Assembly: GCF_032444005.1 (NCBI RefSeq)
Contig: NC_091286.1
Span: 51,150,001 to 51,214,000, forward strand
Reading direction: 5' to 3'
Length of the DNA stretch: 64,000 nucleotides
DNA from: Ranitomeya imitator
Lineage: Eukaryota
Part shown: one piece after another, positions 23,728 through 37,341 of the stretch
Layout: each line of letters opens with the position of its first letter
How positions within the stretch are numbered: position 1 is the stretch's first letter
Translations under genes and position numbers: made by a program
The notes under the pieces: model-generated
Seen by the model: only the letters and a program-made list of their open reading frames with translations
The model's database searches: none
What the model was told of the DNA's origin: nothing

Positions 23728-23950
23728 GGCTAGTTTCACATTTGCGTTTAAAAACACAGCGTTCAAAACGCAAATGCAGGTGGTGAAAAAAACGCATGTA
23801 AACGCGTGCAAACGCTGCGTTTATTAGACGCATGCGTTTTTGCATGTGGTAAAAAATGCTGCGTTTTGACGCGTTTACATGCGTTTTTTCCTGCGTTTGC
23901 GTTTTTGAAACGCATGATGAGAAGCAAAAAACGCAAATGTGAAACCAGCC
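23728..23950. mobile_element. Harbinger-type MITE
   Basis: TIR GGCT(A/G)GTTTCACATTTGCG, TTA TSD (23725-23727, 23951-23953). Confidence 0.85.
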
Positions 23951-24087
23951 TTATATATGGTAAATTCTTGACTGCTGAGAAAGAATTCCAAAGTCCAAGA
24001 TAAAAAAAGTGAGACTCCAATTTTATTTTTTTTTTTTAAATCTCATATTACAGTTTTTATCCCCAAGAATACAATTTGTTGTATGTA

Positions 24088-25384
24088 CGAGGGGCAATCC
24101 AAAAGTAATGATAGTCGGTTATTTCTATTGCACACAGAAATTAAAATAAAATGTTTTCTTCTCTCTTAGGTACCCACTAGTCCAGGAAAAAAATATCACT
24201 TAAATAGACGACGATTCCCGGGAGCTACATTCATTTGAATATGAACTGCCGAGGTGTGAACATCAAAATGGAAAAAAACGAGCTCAGAGCTGTCATCAAA
24301 TACCTCTGCTTGAAAAAAATGACTACCAAAGACATACACAGCGACTTGGTGGAAACATTGGGGGACTCTTCTCCTCCATATTCCACAGTTGCATGCTGGG
24401 CCAAGGAATTTAAGCTGGGAAGAACATCGACGGAAGATGAACATCGTCAAGGACGCCCATCCACGTCCCTCAATGAAGAAAACGTGAAAAAAGTTGAAGA
24501 AGTTGTATTGGCAGATCGAAGAGTGACTATCAGGCATGTAGCTGAGGTCCCAGGGATCTCATATGGCAGTATTCAACGAATCCTTGCAAAAGAATTGCAT
24601 ATGAGAAAGGTCTCCGCGCGTTGGGTGCCAAAAATGTTAACCGACGAGCAAAAGAAGAAACGAGTTGACATTTCAATAGCAAATCTCGAAAAGTTACAAT
24701 CAGACAAGGAAATTTTTTTGTCACGTTTTTTTGACCATGGACAAGACCTGGATCCACCACTTTGATCCTGAAACTAAACAACAATCGATGACGTGGAAAC
24801 GAGCTGACGAACCAACGCCGAAGAAACTCAAAGTGTCAAGCTCAGCAGGGAAGGTTATGGCGTCCGTTTTTTGGGACGACGAAGGAATTATTATGGTGGA
24901 CTATTTGTAGAAGGGAGCCACTATTACGGGCTCCTACTTCGCAGAACAAATAAGAAGATTGTGGGAGGCTATCAAGGAGAAAAGGCGCGGCAAACTGCGG
25001 GCTGGAGAGCTGTTTCACCAAGATAACGCGCCGGCTCACAAAGCTGCAGTTGCTATGGCTACCATTCAAGAAGCGGGCTTTGAACTGGTGGAACAACCCC
25101 CCCTATTGGCCAGATCTAGCCCCCAGTGACTTGTTTCTCTTTCCTCGACTCAAGGAACACCTCCGGGGCAAGAAATTTGATGACAATAGCAACGTGATAA
25201 CCGCTGTTGGGGATTTTTTTGAGGGTCAAGATCAAGAATTTTTTTCTAAGGGAATTCTAAGTTTAGAAAAGAGATGGACTAAATGTATAGACTTGATAGG
25301 AGACTATGTAAAAAAATAAAAACATTTTTTGACTATATTCATTGTGTTTAGTATTGATTATCATTACTTTTGGATCGCACCTCG
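24088..25384 (+). mobile_element. Full-length mariner (1297 bp), irritans/Hsmar2-like
   Basis: TA TSD; 29-bp TIR CGAGGGGCAATCCAAAAGTAATGATAGTC with 3 mismatches. Subfamily call rests on recalled similarity of TIR and N-terminus. Confidence 0.95.
24268..25319 (+). pseudogene. DD34D mariner transposase with one frameshift and one stop
   Basis: MEKNELRAVIKYL, WVPKML, TMDKTW, HQDNA, YWPDLAPSD (34 residues between D2 and D3); extra T in the run 24726-24732; TAG at 24908-24910. Confidence 0.95.
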
Positions 25385-25616
25385 TATCTAATATATGACA
25401 AAATGTTCCTGATGTATCTGATGTATGGCTAAATAAATTATGCAAAAATTAGATTTTGAGGCCTCTGGTTAATGGTTGCTAAAAAGAGGCCCTAGATATC
25501 ACACCAGCCAAACAGGAATAACATCAATTAATACGATAAAATGTACTAAATATCAAGAAACAAATAAAATAATAACACAATTCTGAGATAAAATTTGGTA
25601 AATTATTATTTATTAA

Positions 25617-26542
25617 CCCCTTAGTGACCGGGCCAAATTTTTTAAATCTGACCAGTATCACTTTATAGGATAATAACTCTGGAACGCTTCAACATATCCC
25701 ATTGATTTTGAGATTTTTTTCTGTGGCACATTATACTTTATGATGGTAAATTTAAGTCGATATTTATTAAAAATATCAGAAATTGTAATTTTTTTTAAAT
25801 TAGCTACTTTAAGCTTTGAATGATTATTCCTTTAATCCAGATAGCCATACCACACAACAACATAAATAAATAACATTTCCCTCATGTCTGCTTTACATCA
25901 GCACCACTTGTTAGCATTTTAGAAGGTTTAAAAATGTGGCAGTAATTTTTCATTTTTTCAAGGAAATTTAAAAAACATATTTTTTTTTTAGAGTTTAGGG
26001 ACCTATTAAGTTTTGAAGTAACTTTGGGGTCCTATATATTGGAAACCCCCAAAAGTGATACCATTTTAAAAAGAGCACCCCTCAACATATTCAAAATTGC
26101 TTTCAGGTAGTTTATTAACCCTTCAGGTGCGTTTCACGAGTTACTGCAAAGTGACATGAGAGGAACGAAAAAGTTTATATTTACCATCAAAATGTTGATA
26201 ACTTCAGAATAGACCACTGTAGTCGGCAGACTCTATGGCCATAATTTAGCCATGAATTGCCATGGCAAACATGGAGGACCGTATGATCAAGATCTCAGGG
26301 TGCCTATGGAGTTAAAGAGAGAGCTCCCACACACTGTTAACCATCTAGATGCCATATTCTTATTTGACAGCAGCATTTAAGGTGTTAAACGACTATAGTA
26401 AGTACCAACACTGATTGTGGCTGATGCAGCAAGTTGTCAGCTATAGTGTATAGCCGGCAGCTGCTGGATTGTCACCTGTATGGGGATGCTATTCCCTTAT
26501 ATCTCAGGTCAGTAAAAATATGTATTGGTAGTCACTAAGTGG
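25617..26542. mobile_element. piggyBac-like non-autonomous element
   Basis: TTAA both sides; TIR CCCCTTAGTGAC / GTCACTAAGTGG (11 of 12). Confidence 0.75.
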
Positions 26543-26654
26543 TTAAAATATTTATTCTCATCTGAACTGTTCTAGATTTTTAACTTTTCTCAACATGGAT
26601 CCTCTAAAAGACCTTTGTAATAAATTTTGCTACACCTAGGCCTGCAACGATGAG

Positions 26655-26970
26655 AAGGGGGCATCCTCCGTGGCTTGCGGAAAGAAGGTTTATTCATTGC
26701 CAGAGTAGATGATTCTTTACTGAAAGCAGTGAGTCTATGGAACTCTCTGCCACATGATGTGGTAATGGTTGATTCAATACAAAAGTATAAGGAGGGCCTG
26801 GATGCATTCCTTGATAAAATAAATAAAAGAAATAGTCTGATTGCCGAATGTGGAGTTGGGAAAGAATTTTGCCCCTAATGCAATTAACATCTTCCTCATG
26901 GGCTTCTTGCCTCTCTCTGGATCAATATGTTAGGCTATAGGTTGAACTTGATGGACTACTTTCAGCGACC
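26655..26970 (+). mobile_element. Decayed CR1 3' fragment
   Basis: KAVSLWNSLPHDVVMVDSIQKYKEGLDAFL, homologous to the C-terminus of the CR1 ORF2 at 46076-48856, plus a GTTGAACTTGATGGAC 3' motif. Confidence 0.75.
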
Positions 26971-27933
26971 AAAGTATGAGAATAATCATAATATTTCTAT
27001 TATATAATTATAATTTTTCTATTTCTTATCTCCACTAGGGAATTGTAGGCCTCTGGTTTGATATTTCAGTTAAATATTATAGCACTGAAGGAGAATTAAA
27101 TTATTATTTTTTTAGAAATATCTAACTTTAATAGTACTATTATTATTATTATTATTATTATATAACATGTTTATATTGTAGGACATAGAGTATGGGCTTG
27201 CTATTCTCTGTTTTTGAAAAGTGTAAAGAATATGGATACTTACAATTGTAAAGTTTTAATGTTCTGGAGAATATAATTCTATCAACAAAGACTTGCTAAA
27301 AAGGTTTTCAAATTTCTGAATCTACGCATGAATTACTGATAAAATGACATGTAATCTTCATCTAAGTCAAAACAAATCAAAGTTTCATTTAACAAAAAAA
27401 ATCAAAAACTTTATATAGATGTTAAGTAAATGGATAGAATCATAGCATACGATTATCCTTCTGAAGCAATCTTAAAGGTGATAAGCAGCTCTGATGTTAT
27501 GATTTAAAATGATTTAAAAATTTAAAATGATAGTGGTTAGCTTTAGTTAAGAAAATTACATGAAGTTGCAATCTACAATTTTCATTTCATTTTTTAATAA
27601 ATATTCTGGTGCAGTAGTATATTTACAATAATGGATTTGAGGTCTTTATGTACCTGATGTGCTGTTGTCTTTAATTTCTTTCATGCACAGTTTTTATTCT
27701 CCATGTTTTCCTCTTTGTGATCTTTTCTCCTTATCTGTAGCCTGGTTCCTCACCCCATCCATGAAATTGTTGATATTTTCACTCCTCTACACATTGTGTA
27801 GATCCGTGTACAACACTCCTTCCTGCTATCTCTAACACAGAAAGAATGTGTACAAAGGGAGATTTGTAGTTAAAGTTCTGCGCTGCCGCTAAGATGAATT
27901 TCAGGAGAGTATAGTTGATTCACAGTGGTTTTA

Positions 27934-27974
27934 TTCTACGCGTTTCAGGGGTCTCATGCCCCCTTCATCAGGAA
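27934..27974 (-). ncRNA. Minimal type I hammerhead ribozyme with fully canonical core
   Basis: UUC-CUGAUGA-AGGGG-GCAUGAGA-CCCCU-GAAAC-GC-GUA-GAA, running into AATAAA. Confidence 0.75.
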
Positions 27975-28109
27975 ATACCACCTTTTTCACTGGTATGCAT
28001 TCCTGGTTGCGCAAGAATTTATTAAGATGAAGAAATTTTTAAATGGATAAATAAATAGCCACTAATTTTAAGGAGCTGGAACGTCACATTTTTTCTACCT
28101 TCTGTGCGT

Positions 28110-29254
28110 GCAATAGCGGCGAGTTGAATCACAATCCACCCACTGCTATTAACTAGTTAAATGCCGCTGTCAAACGCTGACAGCGGCATTTAACTACCGC
28201 TTCCGGCCGCGCGGACAGAAATGCGCTCATCGCCGACCCTGTCACATGATTGGGGGTCAGCGATGCTTCGCCATAACAACCAGAGGTCTCTTTGAGACCC
28301 GTATGGTTGTTGATGCCAGCTTGCTGTGAGCGCCACCCTGTGATCGGCGTTCATAACAAGCCTGCAATTCTACTACATAGAGGCGATCTATGCTTCGCCT
28401 CTATGTAGCAGAGCCGATCGAGTTGTGCTAGCTTCTAGTTTCCTATTGAAATAAAACAATAAAAATAAAATCAAATATACACATATTTGATATCGCCTCA
28501 TTCAGAATCGCCTAATCTATCAATAAAAAAAGGATTAAACTGATCGCTAAATGGCGTAGCAACAAAAAATTTGAAACGCCCGAATTACGTTTTTTTGGTT
28601 GTGGCGACATTGCATTAAAATGCAATAGTAACAAAGAGAAAAAGAGTTTGTAGCCAGCTCACCGGTAAATCACCGCAGGTGCACGGAACTCCGCTGCAGG
28701 AAGACGATCCAATCATCAGAGAAAAGAATGCAATACCGGGTGATCAAAAGAACGTATCTGCACCAAAATGATATCACTAAAAACGTCAGCTCAGTGAGCA
28801 AAAAATAAGCCTTCACACGACCCCAGATAAAGGAAAATGGAGACGCTACGGGTATCGGAAAATGGCTTTTTTTTCTTTAGCAAAGTTTGGATTTTTTTTC
28901 ACCACTTAGATAAAAAATAACCTAGACATGTTTGGTGTCCATGAACTCATAATGACATGTAGAATCATAATGGCAGGTCAGTTTTAGCATTTAGCGAACC
29001 TAGCAAAAAAGCCAAACAAAAAACACGCATGGAATTGCAATTTTTTGGAAATTTCACCGCACTTGGAAATTTTTCCATTTTCTAGTACAAGACATGGTAA
29101 AACCAATGATGTCTTTCAAAAGTACAACTCCTCCCGCAAAAAATAAGCCCTCACATGGCCATATTGATGGAAAAATAAAATAGTTATGGCTCTGGGAAGG
29201 AGGAGATCGAAAAACGAACACAGAAAAACGAAAAATCCCAAGTTCATTAAGGGG
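28110..29254. mobile_element. piggyBac-like element fragment, inverted relative of 33712-34870
   Basis: Ends AAGGGG|TTAA; long reverse-complement similarity to the 33.8-34.9 kb region; left end eroded. Confidence 0.65.
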
Positions 29255-29689
29255 TTAAAATCCCATAAAGGGACTCTGCAAAACAGTTTTAAAAAAAAAG
29301 TAAAAAAAATTAAACCATGAATATGGATAACATTTGTAGAAATAGAAAAGAATCCAGTTTGGTGAATAAAATTCAGAAGTCTTTATTAGAAAATTAAAAA
29401 GTAGCACCAGTATACATGAGCAGAAAAAATGTGCAAATCTCGCATACACATTTCGGAATTTAATCCTTATTCATTGCAATGAATAGTTATATTTATAAAA
29501 AAATAAACAACAAAAATGCACATTTCTTATAGCCACGTACCCAACCTATAAAACTGTCAAACGATTTAACCCCTTCAATCAACTCCTTAAAAACAATTAA
29601 TCAAAACTGTGGCAAAAAACTGTGCTCTTTCATTATATCTCAAAAACAAGTGGAATAAAAAGCAATCAAAAGTCAAATGTAAATAAAAA

Positions 29690-30540
29690 TTATATATAGC
29701 TATAGCCCCTGGCTTTGCATTGTCTGCAAATTTGATTAGTTTACCTTCAGTTCCCTTATCTAGATCATTTATAAAAATTTTAAACAACACTGGGGCCGGG
29801 ACAGAGCCTTGTGGTACACCACTTGAAACACTCTTCCAACTGGATATGCAATCATTTCTTACCACTCTTTGAGTACAATCACTGAGCCAGCTATGAATCC
29901 ACCTAACCGTAGCCTTGTCCTAAACTTGGCTATTTTTTCAATAAGTATGGTATGAGATACTTTATCAACTGCTCTGCTAAAGTTGAGATTTACTATATCT
30001 ACCACATTTTGCTGCTTCTCCCAGTCAGTGATTCCATCATAGAAGTAAAATAGATTAGTCTGGCATGACTTGTTTGCTACTAACCCATGCCTGCTTTGGT
30101 TAATTACTGTATTCTTATCCAAGTAATTATATACATGCTATTTAATAATTTGTTCAAAGATCTTTCTTGGTATAGAAATAAGTTTCACTGGCCTGTAATT
30201 TCCTGGCTCCATCTTCTTTTCTTTTTTGAAGATAGGGAGAACATTTGCCCTTTTCCAATCTTCTGAGACTTCCCCTGCTATCCAAAATTTTTCAAAAATT
30301 CTGGCTAGTGGTCTGCAATTTCATCTGGTAACTCTTTCAGTACCCTAGGATGTAATTAATCTGGACCAGGAGATTTTAATACATTTAAATTAGCTAAGTA
30401 TTCCCTCACCAGCTCTTTGTTTATAGATCGTGTAGATTCTTTTATTCCATCAATCCACCACAGGGGCAATTCCAGTGGGTCATGGCACCCACAAGCCATA
30501 GCAATAAGCTCTGCACTATAATATGGTGTTTCTGAGCTTT
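29690..30540 (-). pseudogene. CR1 RT fragments
   Basis: LKSPGPD; HGLVANKSCQTNL..FYD..TDW; NFSRAVDKVSH; [29 protein letters not shown]. Confidence 0.8.
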
Positions 30541-31354
30541 CCATTGTGCTTGAAAAATATTTCCCGATTACATGTATGGTATTTTTGTGGTAAAAATCTA
30601 ATTATTTTTTCTTCACTGCCAAGGTTGTAAAATTCTGTGACACACTTGTTGTGTCAACATAGTCACTGCACTCTGAGATTAATTTATTGGAGCATGTGGT
30701 TTGTAAAATTGGGTCACTAATGAAAGTGTTCTGCTGTTCTGGTACCTCAGGGGCTTTGCCAGTGAGACATGGCACACTCAATCCATTTCAGCAAAATCTG
30801 AACTGAAATGCCTTCTGTGCCTTAAAATTACTTTTTGACCACATATGGTGTATTGGCGTACTCTGGAGAAATAGAGTAATACATTTCACTGTTCATTTTC
30901 TCCTATTATCCCTTATGAAAATTTAAAAATAAAATTTTAGTGGAAAAATATGAGAATGTTTCATTTACTTAGCCTAATGTTGAGTACACATTTAGGTTAC
31001 GTGAGAGGTATGGTTTTCAAAATGGGGTCAATTGTGGGGGGTTTCCACTGTTTTGGCACATCAGGGGCTCTACAAATGTGACATGGCGTATGCTATTGAT
31101 TCCAACTAATTTTGCACTCCAAAAGTTTAACCTTTTTACGACCTAGGATGTATAGGTACGTCCAAGGTTGCCTTTCCCAGTTTGATGTGGACTTCAATGA
31201 TGAGCCACAATTTTTCTGGCAATTTATCAGCTATGTGCCCTTAACAGCCACTGGTGGAATCGTGATTCACCTGCAGCTGTTAACATGTTAAATGCCACTG
31301 TCAATTTCTGTGTGTCACAAATCCAGCCCATTGGCGTCCATGTCACATGACCAC

Positions 31355-32177
31355 TAGTGATGAGTGAATATACTCATTGCTTGGGTTTTCCCGAGCACGC
31401 TTGGGTGGTCTCCGAGTATTTGTAACTGCTCAGAGATTTAGTTTATGTTGATTCAGCTACTTGATTTACCGTATTAGCCAGGCTAAGTACATGTGGGGGT
31501 TGCCTGGTTGCTAGGGAATTCCCACATGTAATCAAGCTGTCTAGTAGTCGCAAATTATCCAGCTGCAGCAAGGAAAACTTAATGTCATGACCAGTTCTGA
31601 GTTTATGTTCAGCTGTCTTGTTTCTGGACTGGTCATGTGGGAGTTAATCCCCTCTGCCTCACTTTGAAGCTGGCTATTTAAGTCCTCTGCAGCCTGTGGG
31701 CCAGTGTCAGCTATAGTTCATGTTGCACGGCTTGAGCACCTGACCTGTTCACTTGCACTAGTGTTCCTTTTTGCTTCTGACTGCCTGTACCCGTTTATGA
31801 CTTGTTCTGACCTCTGGATTGTATCCCGACTTCGTCTTGTGTCTCACGTTTTGGTTACCACGTTCCAGGTAGGCTCTGACTTTTTGTTTGTCCCCGACCA
31901 TTCTTCTGACTCCCCCTGTGTACTGCGCTTATCTCTCTGTGTATGATTTTGGCTTGCCTGACTTCTCTTTCATTACCTGTGACACCTGTGTTGTAGTTCA
32001 GTATTGCTGCTCTATGTGTACAACCTCTTTTCCTTAACCAGCTCCCCCTGGTGGAGGTTGCACTATACTGCACTGCAGCAGCATATTACATTTAATCTCT
32101 GAACACTAACAAATACTCAGAGAGCACCCAAGCGTGCTCTGGAAAACCCGAGCAATGAGTATATTCGCTCATCACTA
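31355..32177. mobile_element. Non-autonomous hAT element
   Basis: TIR TAGTGATGAG(T/C)GAATATACTC; TSD ATGACCAC / ATGACCCC (7 of 8). Confidence 0.8.
31583..32090 (+). mobile_element. Solo LTR inside the hAT element
   Basis: TG...CA ends, CTTAA / TTTAA flanks, TATTTAA TATA-like box; host MITE resumes on both sides. Confidence 0.6.
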
Positions 32178-35032
32178 ATGACCCCACATCGCTGATGGGT
32201 TGGCATGACAACTCGGGGTCTGCAGGAGACCCTTGTGGTTGTCATCGCTTAACTGCTTTGTGGCTGGCACTCATAGCAGATGAGCTGAAGCCCTGCTATG
32301 TGTAGCACAAGCGATCAGAAGATTGCAGCTTCTAGTCTCCCATGGATACCATTGAAGCCAATAAAAAGTAAAAAAATGTATTTAAAAATATATAAAAAAA
32401 ATAAACGTTTAAATCACATATTTGGTATCGTCGCATTCAGAATCGCCCTATCAATATATAAAAATTATTATTCCGCTCTGTAAACGGCGTAACGAGCAAA
32501 AAACAAACAAAATTAAAATATCCGGGTTTTTTGGGTTGTTGCAACATTGCATTAAAATGCAATAATGGGCAATCAAAAGATCATATCTACACCAAAATTG
32601 TATCAATAAAAATGTCAGATCGACACACAAAAATTAAGCCATCATCCAGCCCCAGATCACGTGAACTGGAGACGCTACGGGTCTCGGAAAATGGCAAGGT
32701 TTTTTTTTTACAAACTTTGCATTTTTTTACCACTTAAATAAAAATAATTATATATGTTTGGTATTTGCAAACTCATAATGACCTGGAGAATCATAACAGC
32801 AGGTCAATTTTAGCAATTAGTGAACATAATTAAAAAAAATTGTGGAATTGCACATTTTATGCAATTTCACTGGGCTTTGAATTTTTTTCCCCATTTTCCA
32901 GTGCACAAAGTACAACTTGTCCCACAATAAACAAGCCCGAACATGGCAATATTGACAGAAAAATAAAAAAGTTATGGCTCTGGAAAGAAGGGGAGCAAAA
33001 AAGCAAAAATTCAAAAACAGAAAAACTGCTCTGCCGTGTGTACGAACAGTAGTTTTCCACCACATATGTGGTATCGGTGTACTCAGGAAAAATTGCATAA
33101 CAATTTGTAAAGTCCATTTTTTTCTGTTAACCTTGTGAAAAGGAAACAATTTGCAGCAAAACCAACATTTTTGCTGGAAAAATGTATACTTTACCTTTCA
33201 CAGTACAATGTTATAAAATCACCACACCTCTAGTTAAGTTCCTCGAGGAGTGTAGTTTCCAACATGATGTCACTTGTGGGGGTTTTCCACTGTTTCGGCA
33301 CATCAAGGGCTCTGGAAAGGCAACTTAGCATCCACTATCTATTCCAGCCAATTTCGTACTCCAAAAGTCAAATGTTGCTCCTTCCTGAAAATGTTTCTTT
33401 CATCTTCACGGTTCAACGTTGTAAAATTCTGTGAAACAGATGTCGGTCAAGGTGCTAACCACACCTCTAGATAAGTTTCTTGTGGGGTGTGGCTTTCAAA
33501 ATGGGATATACAGCCAATTTTGCGCTCCAAAATTCAAACTTTTTGAATGTGGTTTTGAACACTTTCAGTGCAATTTTTAAAATGGTATCACGTTTGGGTA
33601 TTTTTTGTCATATAAGCCCCTCAAAGTCTCTTCGAATGTGCTGTGGTCCCTTGGAAATTGGTGATCAATTTTTAACCTTTCTAACATCTTTACAAAAAAA
33701 ATTATGTTTAACCCCTTCACCCCCGGAGCTTTTTCCGCTTTTTCATTTTCGTTTTTTGCTCCCCTCCTTCCCAGAGCCATAACTTTTTTATTTTTCCGTC
33801 AATATGGCCATGTGAGGGCTTATTTTTTGTGGGATGAGATGTACTTTTGAACGATATTATTGGTTTTACCATGCCATGTAACAGAAAACGGGAAAAAAAT
33901 TCCAAGTGTAATGAAATTGCAAAAAAAGTGCAATCTCACACTTGTTTTTTGTTTGGCTTTTTTGCTAGGTTCACCAAATGCTAAAACTAACCTGCCACTA
34001 TGATTCTCCAGGTCATTACGAGTTCATAGACACCTAACATGTCTAGGTTATTTTTTATCTAAGTGGTTTAAAAAAAATCCAAAGTTTGCTTAAAAAAAAA
34101 AAATTGTGCGATTTTCCAATACCCGTAACGTCTCCAATTTTTGTGATCTGGGGTCGGGTGAGGGCTTATTTTTTGCATGCTGAGCTGGCGTTTTTAAACA
34201 TACCATTTTGGTGTAGATACGTTCTTTTGATCGCCTGTTATTGCATTTTAATGCAATGTTGTGGCGACCAAAAAAACGTAATTTTGGTGTTTTGATTTTT
34301 TTTCTCGCTACGCCATTTAGTGGTCATGTTAATCCTTTGTTTTTATTGATAGATCGGGCGATTCTGAACGCGGCGATACCAAATATGTGTATGTTTGATT
34401 TTTTTTTTAATTGTTTTATTTTGATTGGGGCGAAAGGGGGGTGATTTGAACTTTTATATATTTCTTATTTTTTTATATTTTCAATCACTTTTTTTTTAAT
34501 TTTGGCATGCTTCAATAGCCTCCATAGGAGGCTAGAAGCATGCACAACTCGATCGCCTCTGCTACATAGGGGTGAAGTACAGATCACCTCTATGTAGCAG
34601 AAATGCAGGGTTGCTTTGAACGCCGACCACAGGGTGGCGCTCAAAGCAATCGGCCATCAACAACCATAGAGGTCTCAAGGAGACCTCTGGTTGTTATGGC
34701 AATGCACTGCTGACCCCCGATCATGTGACGGGGGTCAGCAGTGCGAGCAGTCCCGGCCACGCGGCCAGGAGCGCTAGTTAAATGTCGCTGTCAGCGCTTG
34801 ACGGCGGCATTTAACTAGTTAATGGGCGAGGGTGGATCGCGATTCCACTCGCGCTCATTGCACGAACATAAGCAGCATACAGGTGACTAACAGCACTCAC
34901 TTGTAGGGGCGCACGTTTTAGATCCAGGGAACCCTCCTGGTGAAACGTATATCCAGAGAATAGAAGAAACAGAGCTCCAACCGGGTGTTATTGTTTAAAA
35001 CAAGAAGTCTTTATTCCAGCCATGGTGAGGTA

Positions 35033-35068
35033 GCAACGTTTCGGCCGCACATCCGGCCTTTTTCAAGC
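35033..35068 (-). ncRNA. Atypical hammerhead-like motif (U3-A8 core)
   Basis: GC-UUGAAAA-A-GGCCG-GAUGUG-CGGCC-GAAAC-GUU-GC: 5-bp stem II, palindromic AACGUU, only 2-bp helix I; AATAAA at 35010-35015 (minus). Confidence 0.5.
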
Positions 35069-35666
35069 ATATAACAAAGTGCTCAGGGCTGTCTTAAATA
35101 GTGTGCACTCCACGCAGGGAGCCAATCACCATTCAGTGCCAGCCCACCATTAAAATATACATAGTGTGCAAAAGTGCAAAACAGACATCAGATATATGTG
35201 AGCATATAAAACATACACAAATAGGTCACCGCTATATATAATGATATAATAATCATTTCATAAATACAAAACACATAGTATTTATTTCTTTCCGCCCCAT
35301 ATGTTTCCATGATACATTTTCATCTCCATAGCAACCATTTACCAATGGGTTCGGCTTCATGTCATACTTCCTGCTATATCCTAGCCAGTTGCAGTAATTG
35401 GCGCTGAAAACCCTAGGCATCCAATCCGGGCTTCTAATACATCGGTGTGCAGCCTAAGCCACCAATGCAGCGAGATCATACAAAAGGCATACCTACAGCG
35501 CCATCGGTAGTATTCACCCTGATCATCCCCATGTTCTTCCGGTCTCAGCATCGGGTGCGGCGTGTCTGAATCATCGCACCACGTCACCGCCAGGCACCCC
35601 CGCCTGAGCGGGGAGGAGCCAAGCGCCGGCATGATGCAGCCAACCAGCGCACACCGCAGACCCCAC

Positions 35667-36440
35667 TGTTATGTTTGCTAATGACAGGTGTTATGAAGGC
35701 AATCCAGAAACACAGTGTGCTTAGCGATCAGAGCGCACACAGTGATCTGACAAATACCCAAAAATACAAGAACGAGCTCTGAGACGTGGAAACTCTGTAG
35801 ACTGCACACCTGATCCTATCCTAAACACAACTAAAAGCGGCTGTGGATTGCGCCTAACAACTACCTAGGCAACTCGGCACAGCCTAAGAAACTAGCTAGC
35901 CTGAAGATAGAAAAATAGGCCTGACTTGCCCCAGAGAAATTCCCCAAAGGAAAAGGCAGCCCCCCACATATAATGACTGTGAGTAAGATGAAAAGACAAA
36001 ACGTAGGGATGAAATAGATTCAGCAAAGTGGGGCCCGATATTCTAGGACAGAGCGAGGACAGTAAAGCGAACTTTGCAGTCTACAAAAAACCCTAAAGCA
36101 AAACCACGCAAAGGGGGCAAAAAAAAAACCCGAACTAACGGCACGGCGGTACACCCTTTGCGTCTCAGAGCTTCCAGCAAAACAAAAGACAAGCTGGACA
36201 GAAAAAAAGCAACAAAAAAGCAAAAAGCACTTAGCTATACAGAGCAGCAGGTCACAGGAACAATCAGGAGAAGCTCAGATCCAACACTGAAACATTGACA
36301 AGGAGCAAGGATAGCAGCATCAGGCGGAGTTAAGTAATGAAGCAGTTAACGAGCTCACCAGAACACCTGAGGGAGGAAGCTCAGAAGCTGCAGTACCACT
36401 TGTGACCACAGGAGTGAATTCAGCCACAGAATTCACAACA
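35667..36440 (-). mobile_element. Solo LTR (774 bp)
   Basis: TGTT...AACA termini; CCCCAC duplicated on both sides (35661-35666, 36441-36446). Orientation tentative. Confidence 0.85.
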
Positions 36441-37035
36441 CCCCACGTGATCGCAGATCACATGGAATGCCAAGGAAACTCCGATGCTCACTCCAGTCAG
36501 CTGTGGTATCCATAGTAACCGCATAGCATTGCTAACACTGCATAGCCGCAGATCGCAAGGGCTGTCAGTAGAACACCAATGTATTACTCTTTTGGGCTAT
36601 ATCATATATAGTTGTCATTCAATGGCACTCGCACAATAGCAGCCCTTGGTTCAACACAGAGTCTAATCCATCTATATGGGCACCTTGTGCATAAGATAAC
36701 CGCGTCTAACTCATGCACATATATTATCTAAAGAGTCTCATCATCATGGAACAACCATAGAGCATCGCAATTATTAATACATATATCATGATGGCAGTTC
36801 AAATGGGGCAGTCGGGGGGAATCTCAAACTGGACAAGCCAGTGTTAATACAAATAGTATAGGACTATACAAATCCAGAATTTAACCTTAGTAGAAGATCC
36901 TAATATTCCATACACCGACTGTCGCATTCGCTGTCCATCTGGTGACACACAAAAACAAACACATATATATTAAAAACAATCTGTACACAATAAAAACAAA
37001 GACGATGATGATCCCAAGAAGGGGACAACAGATAA

Positions 37036-37341
37036 TCAGGGGATACAAATTTGTGGATTAAAGTCTATATTCAGACCCTTTGGTTGCAATGCATTTAATG
37101 TATATATCCATCTTATTTCTTTGGTTTTTAATATTTTTAACCTATCTCCTCCCCTTCTTAGGGTTGGAACACTGTCAATGACTCTAAATCTTAATTGGTT
37201 CACTGAGTGCTTGTTCTCTAAGAAGTGCTTAGGAACCGGCAACTCAGTCAGTCCCGTTCTGATCGTGCTTTTATGTTTACTGATGCGTTTTCTCACCTCA
37301 GTGGTGGTCTCACCAATATATATCAATCCGCATGGGCATAC
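37036..37341 (-). pseudogene. PLE GIY-YIG endonuclease C-terminal fragment
   Basis: CPCGLIYIGETT..VRKRISKH..I...PVPKHF..H....LRFRVID...RRGGDR...L..KEIRWIYTLNALQPKGLN, typical of PLE GIY-YIG domains; N-terminus truncated. Confidence 0.85.

Larger units (their letters stand above)
34882..37335 (-). mobile_element. 5'-truncated Penelope-like element (GIY-YIG end, 3' UTR/pseudo-LTR)
   Basis: GCATACA repeated at 34875-34881 and 37336-37342; GIY-YIG coding end; HHR-like motif and AATAAA near the 3' end. Confidence 0.75.
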
